Part shown: positions 25,943 to 39,506 of the stretch, one piece after another
Position numbering within the stretch: the stretch's first letter is position 1
How the letters are laid out: the number at the start of each line of letters is the position of its first letter
Assembly: GCF_006345805.1 (NCBI RefSeq)
Contig: NC_043011.1
Coordinates: 55,874,464-55,938,463, forward strand
DNA from: Octopus sinensis
Taxonomy: Eukaryota
Length of the DNA stretch: 64,000 bases
Reading direction: 5' to 3'
Notes under the pieces: generated by a model
What the model saw: the letters and a program-made list of their open reading frames with translations, nothing else
Databases searched by the model: none
What the model was told of the DNA's origin: nothing
Made by a program: the position numbers and the translations under genes

Positions 25943-25999
<57 letters not shown>

Positions 26000-26163
26000 A
26001 ATTCATAGTGAATAGACAACAACATAGATATGTGATATGAATGAACAATGAATCGATGTAAAAGAGTTGTAATCAAAGATTGGATCATACTTTTAAATCA
26101 ATTAACAAGAGACGAGACGTGGAATAGCAAGGTCAGGCTAAAAGTTTAAACCAGCAGACAGAT

Positions 26164-26465
26164 CATCATCATCGTTTAACGCTTGCTTTCCATGCTAGCA
26201 TGGGTTGGACGGTTCGACTGGGGTCTGGGAAGCCAGGAGGCTGCACCAGGCACCAGTCTGATCTGGCAGTGTTTCTACAGTGGATGCCCTTCCTAACACC
26301 AACCACTCTATGAATGTAGTGGATGCTTTTTACATGCCACCCGCACAGGTGCCAGGTGAGGCTGGCAACAGCCATGATCAGTTGGTGCTTTTTACGTGCC
26401 ACCAGCACGGAGGCCAGTCGGGGCGGCGCTGGCAACGGCCACGTTCGGATGGTTCTTCTAATTGC
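26164..26465 (-). mobile_element. Family C retroposon; further minus-strand copies at 29680-29915, 38190-38420 and 57993-58180
   Basis: Core plus (CAT)n on the plus strand. Confidence 0.85.
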
Positions 26466-26984
26466 CACCAGCACTGGTATGATGTAGAATTGAAATAAAA
26501 TAGGTAACAACTGTGAACAGTGCCGTGTCATCCAGGGGAGAGCAGTTAATGATTGCAAAAATCTTGAACAAAAAGGATGGGGACCGATTCATTTAACCCT
26601 TTAACATTCACATCACCCTGTCAAATTTAAAAGTTGTTTATTCACATTATTTTGAATTGAACAAGCAATCTCGTAGCTTTGAGATTTTGAAGATTGTCTA
26701 TTTTTAGAATGGCATTATAGGGTAGGTGTGAGAGGCCAGATCTGGCCAGTTTAAACATAAAACAGGTAGAAATTTTGGAGTGGAAATTTTCAGCTTAAGT
26801 GATGAAGGCTTTTAATTATAGGACAGCTGGATCAGGGCTGACTCAAGGCTAAACAATGACAACAGTTAGGTATAAAGTAAGAGAATTAAAAAGTTTTATG
26901 AAATTTTCTAATTATTGTGAAAATATAATAAAGGAAGTCAACTGAGCCGAATCTTCAGTGTCCTTCGCTGGAGCACGGCTTTGA

Positions 26985-27370
26985 AGTATATCATTATCAT
27001 TGTTCGACCGTGGTCGAGACAATGGAATTTACTATGTTATGCCAGACTTCATGGTCCATCATAGCATTATGGGGGTCCCGTCGCTGGATGCCTGTATCCC
27101 TGGAGATTACATCAGGGTAGGAGAGTGTGCGCACTCTGGTATCGCGAGCAGATGGCTTCCAGAGGAGAAGAGTAGAAATTACCTCGTTTTCAGCTCTACA
27201 ACAATGTCCAGCAAACTGGACTCTTCTACCTTTCACAAGAGATGATACAGGTGGTAGTTTCCCATATATTTGTACTTTGGTTGGATGACTCTTCCACGAG
27301 AGATTTTGAGCTCTCATAAGGAGGCAAGTGTAAGTTCCATCCAACCGCCTCTCAAGTATATAGATACAAC
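26985..27370 (-). mobile_element. RTE-clade LINE 3' fragment
   Basis: DGTYTCLLMRAQNLSWKSHPTK..YGKLPPVS...RRVQFAGHC...LLLWKP...AMMDHEVW. Confidence 0.8.
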
Positions 27371-27814
27371 CTCACATGTAGTCTTCTAAAACTTTATCTA
27401 AGAAGGTCTAATCAAGTTTAGCAGGTCTTCAAAAAATAAAAAAAAGGGGGGTTCTTGAAGAAAATAAATGACAGCAAAAAATTTACATCTATATAGGTAT
27501 TCTCTCTATTAACAATGATAATGCAGAACCCATTAGCATTCTTCTGTTCTTTAGTATATCTCATTTTCATCATGCTACCCAGGAGAAATAATGGAAATGC
27601 TGACATTTTGTTAATGAATGGCTCACTTCCAAGGAAACTATGAGATACATCAACAGGAGGATATTAATATATTTCATGATCTATTTCCCTTGGATATTAA
27701 ATTCTTGGTCATTACCATTGATATTACTGTCAAGGGAAATTATGAAAATATTGTCTCAAAGTATAAAAATCATTTTGAAAAAAAAAAAAAAATCCTTCAA
27801 TGGTTACAGGTCCG

Positions 27815-28100
27815 AGACTGGTACTTATTCTATTGGTTCCTTTTGCCAAACTGCTAAGTTATGGGGGACATAAACAAACCAACACTGGTTGTCAAGCAGT
27901 GGGGGTGGGGTAAATACAGAAATACACACACACATGACAGGCTTCTTTCAGTTTCCACATACTAAATCCACTCACAAGGCTTTGGTAGGCCCAAGGCTGT
28001 ATAGTAGAAGACACTTGCTCAAGGTGCCACACAGTGAGACTGAACCTAGAACTATGTGGTTAGGAAACAAGCTTCCTACCACACAGCGACATCTATGCCT
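27815..28100 (-). mobile_element. Family A SINE; other decayed minus-strand copies at about 41490-41790, 45055-45225, 47930-48115 and 51190-51350
   Basis: Recurrent aagacacttgcccaaggtgccac...aaccacacagc motif. Confidence 0.7.
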
Positions 28101-28255
28101 ATACTGTAACTTTTCCTTATTGTAAAGGCCTGACTGAGACAATAGAATCTACTGATATAGATGTATGTGACCCTTCTTAGACTAGAATAAAAGAGCACTG
28201 AAAATCAGGAAAAAAAGAGGAAATATATATACATTAGGAATAACAAGAAGAACGT

Positions 28256-28291
<36 letters not shown>

Positions 28292-28319
28292 ATCAGAATG
28301 AAGGGTAAAGGTTTAAAAT

Positions 28320-28575
28320 GATGAAAAGCCATTCAGTAAAGCCAGCCCAGATTCTAACATGATATGACAAGAAGTAGATTCTCCTCCATGGTTGTGCAAC
28401 CTGCTAGAAACAGCAGCCAAATCTTTCTCAAATCACACAATCCATTGTTTCAAAAAGAGAAAAAAATGACAAATTGGATGACAAGAAAGACTGGATGAGA
28501 TGGTCATGGTTAAGATTCCTTTGATATCAAATTTGTCTGCTTGATCAGAGCTGACTTGGTGCTAAGTAACAACAG
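28320..28575 (+). repeat. Unclassified interspersed repeat (family E); fragments near 16560-16600 and 26820-26870, and on the minus strand at 54540-54620 and 55005-55045
   Basis: Shared ctagaaa.agcagccaaat and gatcagagctga..aacaac motifs. Confidence 0.45.
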
Positions 28576-29028
28576 TGACCAAGATGTGGCTGCCATTTAA
28601 TTTGCATCTTCCAAATATGAACAAAGATCTTAACTGTGGCAGAATTGGGAGGAATGTTGAAATCTGTTGTAAGAAAGAATTTCGATTAGGAATTCAACAG
28701 ATTATGGTATTTGGATTAGGATGTTTTGAATAAAACCATGAATGTATTCGTTAAGGCAAAGATAGAACAGAGAAACAAAAATTTGTAATTATTTTACTAA
28801 TAACCAATATCAAAAATTTTAATACAAAACTGGATATAACAGATAAAATGTCATTTCAGTTCTTAAATTTCAAATGTACTTTTTATAGATAAATATCCAT
28901 GTATTGTAAAAAATGTAACCATATTTATTGGAATATTATAAATTCTGACTTGTTGCTTTTTCAATTTAGTCAATGTGTTCAAACAAAAATAATGCTATGT
29001 ACCATCACATTAGCAACTATAAAGGGTA

Positions 29029-29255
29029 TTAACCCTTTAGTATTTAAACTGGCCATATCCGGCCAAAATAGTTAATCTGTTTTATGTTCAAACTGACCAG
29101 ATCCAGGCTCTCACACCTACCCTACAATGTTATTCTACATTAAGTAATTACACCGTCAAGTTCTTGAAGATATGAGATAATGCATGATTAATTAAAATCA
29201 ATGGGAATCAATAGGCATTATGTTTGATTGAATAATCTGAACACTAAAGGGTTAA
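29029..29255. mobile_element. piggyBac-type MITE, family 2
   Basis: TTAA|CCCTTTAG ... CTAAAGGG|TTAA. Truncated relatives at about 26593-26770 and 45473-45560. Confidence 0.8.
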
Positions 29256-29310
29256 ACAGCCTTCATTCAGCAGTATGATACTTCTCTCTCTCTCTCTCAC
29301 ATATATACAT

Positions 29311-29362
<52 letters not shown>

Positions 29363-30839
29363 TTGACTTCAAAGAAATAAAAGATTGAGAAAACCATGAA
29401 AGTATTCAATTCCGATATGGTGAAACAAACTAACAAATCATTGTGTTGCTTTAGATATTTTACTTCAATACTAAACAACAGTAGCCATTATATTTGGCTT
29501 TGTAAACGTTCTTGGTGAAGTTATATTTAAAGTTTAGGGAAGAGTATTTAGCAATGTTTAGGGAAAGAAATAAAGAAGAGCTGATAAAATTTAGAAAAGG
29601 ATTTCAAGTGAGGGTAAAACAAACTTCTGAGAGTCGATATACAAACAAGAAGAAAAAATTATGTTCAGGGTTAAACAGTCATCATCATCATCGTTTAACG
29701 TCTGTTTTCCATGCTGGCATGAGTTGGACGGTTCGACTGGGGTCTGGGAAGCCAGGAAGCTGCACCAGGCTCCAGTCTGATCTGGCAGTGTTTCTACAGG
29801 TGGATGCCCTTTGTAACGCTAACCACTCCATGAATGTAGTGGGTGCTTTTTTATGTGTCACTGGCACAGAGACCAGAGGGGGCTGGCATTGACCACAATC
29901 AGATGGTGCTTGTAAGTCAGAATTTTTCCTGACCAAGTAAACACCTTTTATTTCTATTTTTGAGCAGTATTGAGGATATTGGGAATCAAAGAAGAGTTTC
30001 AGTTGAAGATGAGAGAAAATGATTTCATAAAGAGATTAGAAATTAGACTTAACAGAAATTCAACAAATGTCCAGAACAGAAGTTATGGAATTTATATTGT
30101 TTAACAACATGGAAATTATAAGAAATATTAAGAGAAAATTATTCCAATTATGTTGGAAATGCTGTCTCTGATATGGAAATTGTTTATGAGAAGGCAGTAC
30201 CACTGACCATTTACAGGGCCTCTAAGACAGGTAGGAGGGAGGGAAGTACTGCCAGACAGGACGCCTGGCCTGAATGCTTACAACAGAGTGGACTCCTCTG
30301 CCAAAAAGACCCGAGGTGGTGGTGGTGGAGGTGTTTACCTGGATAATGGATTAAGTCTATCACCCATCAACAGTGGGATGAATATTTATCATTGAGAGAT
30401 CTTTTTAAAAAAAAAAAAGATATGGATTAAAAGGAGATGAGGCAGATCTTTGAACATGATTGGATACAGTGAGGACATTAGAAAAGCTTCTGACTGAATT
30501 TGTTTTGTTTTTGTAATTTATAAAAAACAATTTCAACAAATGATTCATTCATACTCTACATTTTATAAAACAGCTGTGTAACAACAATTGGTTTCATAAC
30601 GGGGTTTTGAAGTTTGAAGCTGTTTGTAGAGCATATAAAAAAATATATCATTCCAGTAATTTTAAAACTAGTTTTGATGAGCACAGGAAAAAGAAATCAA
30701 GAAATTCAAGAAATAGTAAAAATTGTTCTTTCTTTCTTCCGACTGGATCTGGTTCAAGAGGAAGTGTGTATGAGTGTGTGTGTGAATGAATCATAAGAGG
30801 TTACAAGTATGTTCGTGTCTGTGTGTGTGTGTGTGTGTT

Positions 30840-31320
30840 GTGACATGATCTTCAAAGACCAGCAGCTTCAAGACAAGCACTAAGAGCAATGTCAAGACCT
30901 ATTTATAGCCTCTGTAAACCTCTCCAAAGCAATTTAACGCTGCATCAAAGGATGCTGTAATGGGAGGTCCTCAGGTTTGGCTCTCTCAAAAAATGAATAT
31001 ATTCTACCAATTCCACTTTGGGATAACTGATTGGGTGACCACAGAAGGATATGAGTACAACCGCAGGTGTGAGGCAGGTTTGGCTACTAGCAATAATACT
31101 CTTTAATGTGTGCCACCAGGCTCCTCAAAGATGAGATTGTGGACAGCAGTGGTGTGGCAGTGGGCTTGAGACTAGACAGCAACCTTGCTAACATCAAGAG
31201 GTTTCATACAACTACCAAAATCCTGTAGAGTATGGTCCTGTGGCTGCAATATGCAAATGATTGTGGTTTTGTGACCCATATTCAGGAAGACCTTCAGGCA
31301 GTGCTACTGGACTCTGCTAG
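30840..31320 (+). mobile_element. RTE reverse transcriptase fragment, decayed
   Basis: DMIF..QLQDK..EQCQDLFIASVNLSKA... and LQYANDCGFVTHIQEDLQ (YADD box decayed to YAND). Confidence 0.65.
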
Positions 31321-32515
31321 CTCACTGCCTCTCGACACAGGTCAGCAGTCAGTTAATTTGACCCCAGATCTCATCTAATACTTTAATTTATCAATCTAGA
31401 AACATGTGAGGCAACATAGGCCTTGATTGTCCATTGCTCTAACAATTCTGCTAATCTACAGCTTCTGGCACGACAATTGTTAATTCCAAAAGTACAAGAG
31501 TCAAGAACAATGTAAATTAGCAGACAAGGGAGATATTTTTTCTTCTTGGGAATCGGAATTGGACACCTCTATACTTCTAACACTGGCACACAAGACATCC
31601 AAAAGTTGTGTTGTGTTGAGGAGAGCAGATGGGATGATGTTTGAGAGGGTATTTGGTGGAACTCAAAGAATAATGATTTTGAGGAGTATAATTAGTCAAG
31701 GAATTGAAACTGGTAGAAACAAAGTAGAGATGGGAAATAAAAGAAGTGGCAAAGTAGGTAATGAAAGAGTTAATGCCAATAAAGTGGACTGATTTACCCA
31801 TCATCACTACACGATGTGGACATTCAACTAATTCCTTGCCATTTTTGTAGAAGAAATATGAATTTGGTAAAAGGTTAGAACACAGTGACTGCATCAAAAT
31901 GAGAATTTAAAAATAGAAAATTAAAATACTTCCCTATCTTCTAATATAATCTAAGAAAAATGTCAGATCGTGCCAAAAGATTGCTAATGTATGAACAGTA
32001 TTAAAATTTGAAAATGAAATCATTTCTCTTGGCAAACCTTTCAGGGTATTGGCTTTATGTCACTTGAAAAAGTGTCTGAAGATTACAATTTTGGATTTTA
32101 TTCTTGGTAATTTCACTGAAATTAGGAATGAAACATATTTGGGTGTGATGGCTGTTGTAAAATGAACATTTGCATATTTGTTGAATAATTGGTTTAACAG
32201 TTGTATACTCTTCCTATCATTAACAAACTGTTAATTAAGGAACTGGAACTGTTTTATCAGTCAGGTATTCTGAGGCAAGTAGAGTAATGTGATTTTCTTA
32301 TGAATCAAATAATTCCTGTAACAAAACTTGAACTCATGACCTTGTGATTCAGACCCTTAGCATCAGTGGTTGTGATTATAATTTGCAACAGAATAAGTTA
32401 TTTAAAAAATGATTTTTATTTCTTTTCCTTTGCGATATTTTACAACTAAAAGTTACTTTTATGGATCTCAATCTTTCCTCTGTAAATATCCTCCAAAAAA
32501 CAAAAGAATACTCAC

Positions 32516-32551
32516 CAAATCCTCTTGAGTTTGAACAAGGTAACTTTCCAT
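32516..32551 (-). CDS. prune: prune-like exopolyphosphatase, first coding exon (MESYLVQTQEDL); whole exon is 32516-32735 including 5' UTR
   Basis: Resembles the human PRUNE1 start MEDYLQGCRAAL (from recall). Ends at a phase-0 GTGAGT donor and has a poly-T CAG acceptor at 32736. An in-frame upstream ATG at 32575 would add 8 aa and is itself preceded by an in-frame TAA. Confidence 0.85.
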
Positions 32552-33254
32552 TGTTTTTAGATAATCCAGGTACATCTGACTTTAAATTTCACAAGTAGTA
32601 AGGATAGCCATTCCTCTAGCAAAGGCTGGATCATATACAAGTAATATCCGAATAGAGTAGTTACAATCCAATGGTGATTAGAGTTAGGGTCACATAATTA
32701 TGTCCAAGTTTAATATTCTGGAATATATTCAAAGTCTGAAAAAAAAAAAAAAAATTATTCAATAATGATTAATTTAGAATGTTACAACTCATTCATTATG
32801 TCTGTTTTTCTATACTAGCATGGGTTAGGTAAATACATATTAGTTGAGCATTAGGGAGTTTTCATTTGAAAGTTCAAAGCTAAAAAATGATTTGTTTATA
32901 AGGAAATGTCAAGAAATGTTATTGCCCATAATTCAGGGATTTTTTCAGAGCAGTACACACACACAAGTTTATAAATATAAAAAATATAACTACAAACAAA
33001 ATCGGTCTACATGATACATTACAGTATTTTTTAAAAACTTTTAGAATATCATTCAAAGAAAAACATTTAGTTTCATACTAATTATAAAATAGATTAATTG
33101 CTAATTAGCTGAGACCAGTGGTTTGTTTATTGATAGGTAAATATGTGTACAAGTTGAATCTGAAATGTTGATTCAAGTTGGCTTTCTCTACTGGTTTATC
33201 CAAAAGTGCAACCTTTTGCTGAATCTTCAGATAAAATACTTCTCAGGAATTTGG

Positions 33255-33627
33255 AGCACCATACGAGTGTGATCATTGACAGAGCGGCTAACCGGCTTCC
33301 ATGCCAGTGGCACTTAAATGACACCATTCGAGCGTGATTGTTACCAACGTCGCCTTACTGGCACCTGTGCTGGTGGCATGTGTAAAAAGATTCGAGCGAG
33401 GTCGTTGCCAGTACAGCCTGACTGGCCCCGTGCCGGTGGCATGTAAAAAGCACCCACTACACTCTCAGAGTGGTTGGCATTAGGAAGGGCATCCAGCTGT
33501 AGAAACTCTGCCAAATCAAGATTGGAGCCTGGTGCAGCCATCTGGTTCGCCAGCCCTCAGTCAAAATCGTCCAACCCATGCTAACATGGAAAGCGGATGT
33601 TAAACGATGATAATGATGATGATGATA
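33255..33627 (+). mobile_element. Family C retroposon; further plus-strand copies at 47275-47578 and an older one at 56150-56421
   Basis: Core plus (GAT)n tail. Confidence 0.85.
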
Positions 33628-35980
33628 ATTTTCTTGCAGGGGATAAGAATACTCTTAGCTGAAAAATTATATTTTTGAGGAATAATGGTGCATAGGTGGT
33701 TGGTGGGAATACTTAATGAAAGGGTGCAAAGTCCAGGGATAACCCGTTTTTAGGAACATGTTAATACCATTTATGATAAGGAACTCAGAGTACCAGTCTC
33801 TGTGTTGGTATATTTTATTAAAAACAATGAGTCAACAAAATAAACTTCCTAATATCCAAAGACAAAACAGGGACTCTTTAGATAACAAGGAATTGCTCTT
33901 TATATAGAGAGATTAATTGGCAGAAAAACAGACAAATGGACAGAAAGGTTGCCAGACTGATTGATTCAAGACTGTAAGTGGTGTGATGGTAAGGGTGTGT
34001 GGAGGTGAAGATTATAGTTGGTGATGGTGGTGACAATGTTGGTGGTGTTATGAAGAGGATGGAGCTGATGGTGATGATGATGATGAGAATAATGATAGAA
34101 ATTGAGGTGAAGTTGGAGTTGGTGTTGATGATGGTGACGGAATTGCTTTCCACCCTACTGTACCCCTTACAGTGTGTAGAGATTGTCCTGATGTATTTAT
34201 GACTCTTAATCAAAAGTTTTGACTTTAAGAGTCCCTCCTAGTGTGAGGCATTTATGTATAGCAATGCCCTTAATATAAGTACACACACACACACACAGAG
34301 TTAGGACTGGCAGATGGTAAGAGCTGCTTTTATGAGACCCTTTTGCAGACTACATCAACAATAATTACAATGGCCTCATCATTGCATGGCCTGTTTATGT
34401 TGTATCCTACAAAATTGCTAATCCTTCAAGTCCACACTGTACCTATTGGCCAACTACTTATATATTTTCCCTGACTAGTACCACCATAATATGTTGTTCC
34501 GATTTTTTTTCTTTCTAATTTTGTTATATATTGTGATGCATATATGCCATTTGAATATGGCTAACCCAAAAGGGTGGATGCTACTGTAGTTTGTAGCCCC
34601 AGGAAGACACCTACTCCCACTGGCTATAGACACACTATCTGTGTCCTGTCAGTATTTGTGAAGGGGAGTCATCCTCCCCGTCTTCAACACATGATACACA
34701 CGTACTCGAGTTTCAAGGTGTTTACCTTTCATCAACGTGTGACAATCATGGTTGTCGACGAGAAGTCAGATTCCTTCACAAATACACAATTCCTTCAAAT
34801 GGCATATATGCATCACGTTGTGTTACCGCTACTGTTTATAACTCGCTCTGAGATTTGTCTTTGTTATATATTACTCCTTCATAAATCCACTAAACGCATT
34901 CCCCTCCATTCCTGCCATCTACTTCATGTTGTTCCAACTTCTGTTCTGTCTACATTTTCTCCTTTTCCATTGATCTTCAGAAATTGAAACTAAGGCTTTT
35001 ATCGTGTTAACCTTATTCAATCTGCCATGTTATATAAGAAAGCCCGAAAATGTAACGGGGGGCCCTCATCTATCTCATCAGATTAACCTACGAAAATAAT
35101 AGGCTTTCAGGTTAGATAAAGAAAGGGCTGTCAGGTGATTGAGGAGTTACGTAACAAATGTAGACTAAATAATGTGAACTTGATAATTGTGCCCCCAGGG
35201 AAAATGCTAAAACATTCAGGAACGTGAAGATGCAGAGCAGCAGATTGGAAACTAATTAACCAATTCTCATTTTCTCAAATAAAACAATAATTAAAGTTCA
35301 ACAGAAACAAACGGTTTCCCTCTTCACCCTGTTTCTTCCCAGTTTTTCTTTTCACATTTAGTTCTTGTTTTGTCATATTTTTCTCTACATTTTTAGAGTT
35401 ATTTCCATTGAAATTTAAATTAAAACAGGAAATTTTAATTTTATATCTTTTTATAGTTGAATTGATTTTTTGATAGATTTTTTGAACAGCTATTTGTATG
35501 GTTTCCTTTAATTATCATTAAATTAATGACTGTGTGTGCAAAGTTTGTACATAAATGACAGCACGTATAATAACCACTATTGTAGCCACAGCCAAGACAC
35601 TTATTACTTTCAGTTCATAAAACAAGTTTTACATAATTATTAAAACGAACAATTAGTTAATTCAGGTTATAACTGTGTCACCTTTGGTCAGCTGAGATAG
35701 TTGTTATCCTCGTGTCTAGGTCAATGATGACAGTTTTGTTTATAGTGTCAGAGATATGGCTAAAGATTTACTTTAGATGTGGGATTTAGAGTTCTAAAAT
35801 CACTTTATTTACATCATTGCTGTCATTGAAAAAGGAAGGAAGCAATTGGGTGTTTCTCTATTTTTGAGTGGATGTTTTTTAGATTGGTCAGCTATGGTAG
35901 ATATTTTTAATCTGTGTTCCCACACTACTCAATAACATGGAGGCATCATCATAGAAAGAATTATGTACTACTACTACTAC

Positions 35981-36011
<31 letters not shown>

Positions 36012-36019
36012 GTAATAAT

Positions 36020-36420
36020 CCTTTCTACTAAAGGCACAAAGCCTGACATTTTGGGGGAGGGGACTAGTCAATTACATTGATCCCAGTATTTCACTGGTAC
36101 TTATTTTATTGACTCCAAAAGTCGACCTCAGTGGAATTTGAACTCAGAATGTAAAGATGGACAAAATGCTGCTAAGCATTTCGCCCAGCAATCTAATGAT
36201 TTTTGCCAACTCACCACCTTAAACAAGAATTAATAATAATAATAATGATAATATTTTCAAATTTTGCCACGATGACAGTAAGTTTGGGGGGAGAGGATGA
36301 GTCGATTACACTGACCCCAGTGTTTAACTGGTACTTATTTCATCAACCCTGAAAGGATAAAAGGCAAAGTTGACCTCGGTGGGATTTGAACTCAGAACAT
36401 AGTGAAGGGCGAAATACCAC
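36020..36420 (-). mobile_element. Two tandem older family B SINE copies
   Basis: Reverse-complement similarity to family B at 36020-36220 and 36255-36420, each next to an (AAT)n tract. Confidence 0.7.
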
Positions 36421-39190
36421 TACTAGAGTATCAATACAGTAATCATTGTAAAGAAATATGTATTTAGAGCATTATATTTATACATAACTCATGCTGTATC
36501 ATTGCTAAACTAGGAACTCATACATGGTCATTGACAGTGTAACATTGTGTAATGTTACAACAAGACCAAATAAAATAAACCTTTTATTTGGTCTTGTATT
36601 AACTATATGACTCAATATAGATATTTACTGTTATAATGTCTATAGTAAAATTTGAACTTAGGATCTTAACAGATACTGCAAAATTTGAGCAGTGGCTTAC
36701 CTGACTGGCATATCAGTTTTAAAAGTTCTCGATAAATCAAACCATTCATTTATAAAATAATTTCTACTAATGCATGACTAGAAATAGTTCATCTATTTAG
36801 AAATTATCATATTGCATTCTGAAAATAGCTTATGCTATACAAGAGCCACAATCCATTATAAAAGAGACCTTTTTCATCTTCGTTGCTAATATTTCATTTC
36901 CTATTTCAGCTGTGAATAATTCACAGAACATGACTTCTTTGTATTTCTCAGCTGATCAGACAAGCATTAATTTTTTAATAATTTTTCGTTTTTATCTATG
37001 AATCAATTCCTAAATACTACTTGTTCTTTCATAAGAATTTAATTTGATCTTGCATTTATTTTCTAACAGAATATTTCCGTATTTTCTCTGAAGTTAACAC
37101 ATTTTAAAGAAGCATTTCTACAAAGAATTATCCATTCCACAGCCTGGTTACCAATATATAATTAAAATACAGTGGACAAATTCTGTTATTGGACAGTTAT
37201 TTCAATTACTGAATTGATGTTCCTTATTAAGAAGCTCAAGAAAGTCAACAGTTCTAGATTATAGACTAAATTAGATGCCTACCAAAATGTAGTAGAAAGC
37301 ATCACTGAACAACAAAGAATTGAATGGCTGGATATGTTTTTCACAGCAGGGAATCAGAAACAAATAATTATCTAAGATAAAGGATCTCATTATCTTTAAC
37401 ACTAATTCCAGTAAGTCAGTGAACTGGTGGTGAGCTGCTGCTGCTGCTGCTTAGCTGAGATAAAACTTCATAACAGATAAATTCTAACATTAAGTGATTG
37501 TTAGTGAGGATAGTATAACAAATTTCTTTTGATACAAAAAACTACTTTCTGAAGACAATGAGTTGACTGAATCTTACCCCAGTATACTATCAGGCCTTGT
37601 TTTATTTTTGCTGAAAGATTGAAGGGGGGGGGGAACCCAACTGAATGGATTTTTTTAACTCAGAAGACTGGATAAAAATAAATACAGTAAGGAATTTACA
37701 TTCTTTCATTTCAACCAAGTCAAATACTAAGGATCATTTTGTATTGTAGTGAAACCTAGAAATAAAACCCCCAAATTTTCAGTTACCAGCACAGTCTACA
37801 CACAATCCAGGTCACATGTCCTGGTTATCAACCAATCAGCTAGCAGAAACATCATACCATACAGTAGAACATTCTACGAGTTTCGAGAAGTTCCCGCACT
37901 TTACACAGTGTAAAAGAGAAAGCCTGCCAGGATCAACAAGAGCAATGGTCCTACAAGAGCATGAGCAACGAACCTTTACAACGTCAAGTTTTTCTTTGCT
38001 TCAATTCAGACCAGAATAAAAGGGAATTCGATGGACAAACACTGTTCCTCCGGCCTCTCAAGCAACACTAATCTTTTCTGTTTGGAATTGGATTATGGCG
38101 AAGTTCAATTCTAGCTTTCTACAATACACTATTGGCAACTACTGGAAAACTTTCATGTATAAGTGTAAGTATTATAATTATCTTCACCACTATCATCATC
38201 ATTTAACGTCCACGTTATTGCAGACAGAGGACTGCACTAATCTTCACTGTCTGTTTTGGCAAGATTTTTACAGCTCGATGCCCTTCCTAATACCAACCAT
38301 CATGCAGAGTGTACAGGGTGCTTTTTATGTGGCACCAGCCATGGGTGCTTTATACATGGCACCAGCACGGGTGCTTCTTATGTGGCACCAGTACAGGTGC
38401 TTTTTATATGGCACCGGCAATTTAATAATAACGAATACAAGAGGCATCGGAGGGGCGAAGCATACCCTGCATGCAGATAAATTTTTCCACAAGTTATAGT
38501 GTGGCTTACAATGCATTGCTTACCCATGCTTTTTAATTGAACTGAATTAAGCTTTGTAAGTGTTTGACTAAAAGAGGATTAGAAGCCTAAGTAGATGACA
38601 GCTAAAGGTAGACTTGATCAATGTCTATACCAAATGCATATGAGTAAAATTTGCATATGACTAAATAAATGATTATTCAAATAATAATCATGATTATGTA
38701 AAAAAAAGTGAACAAAATGAAATACTTATAGAAAATATTGCATAGAATTTGAGAAGTGTTTTCAACATCTTTCAATAATGGCAAGCAAATCAAACATACT
38801 GTAGTTCATTGTAGGCTATAACTAATATGACCACTTGCATATCGAGAAATTTGTAAGTTTGATTTTTAAAAAAGTTTTATCAATTTTTCTTAAGTATCAC
38901 TATTATAGGTATTTATACTCTGGTGAAATTAAGAAATCAACTCATAAATAAGCAAAACCCTCAAATCCACCACTGTACACACAGTCACACATCTATGTAA
39001 ATATTTATGCAAGTACCCACACGTCTCCATGCATAGGTACACCATGATCTATACACACACACAGATGAGAGTTAAATCAAATGATATATGTTTACACACC
39101 CGTCTTTGTCTTTTTGTAAATTCTCACTATATATATATATATATATATAAATTGATCAAAATAAAATAAAAACATGATGCGAAGGATTCA

Positions 39191-39267
39191 GCGGTACATA
39201 TGTTTCGGGCCTTTTTAGACAGATTTATAACAATGCATAATGTATGTCTGTGGCCTTCTTCAGCCGC
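39191..39267 (-). ncRNA. Mirror copy of the same hammerhead motif
   Basis: Reverse complement of 39429-39506 with a 1-nt indel in the helix II extension. Confidence 0.7.
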
Positions 39268-39428
39268 GCACAACAGCTCCACAAGGACATGTGTTACATC
39301 AAAAATTCTTGGTTGGGGATGCAAATCCTCTCATTCACGTACGCATTATGTCGTATGTGAATGAGAGGATTTGCATCCCCAACCAAGAATTTTTGATGTA
39401 ACACATGTCCTTGTGGAAGCTGTTGTGC

Positions 39429-39506
39429 GCGGCTGAAGAAGGCCACAGACATACATTATGCATTGTTATAAATCTGTCTAATAAAGGCCCGAAACATATG
39501 TACCGC
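39429..39506 (+). ncRNA. Minimal type I hammerhead ribozyme motif (PLE type)
   Basis: GCGG-CTGAAGA-A-GGCC..GGCC-C-GAAAC-ATAT-GTA/CCGC. Helix I is GCGG:CCGC, helix III is the palindrome ACATATGT, and the predicted GUA cleavage is after 39502. Confidence 0.7.
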
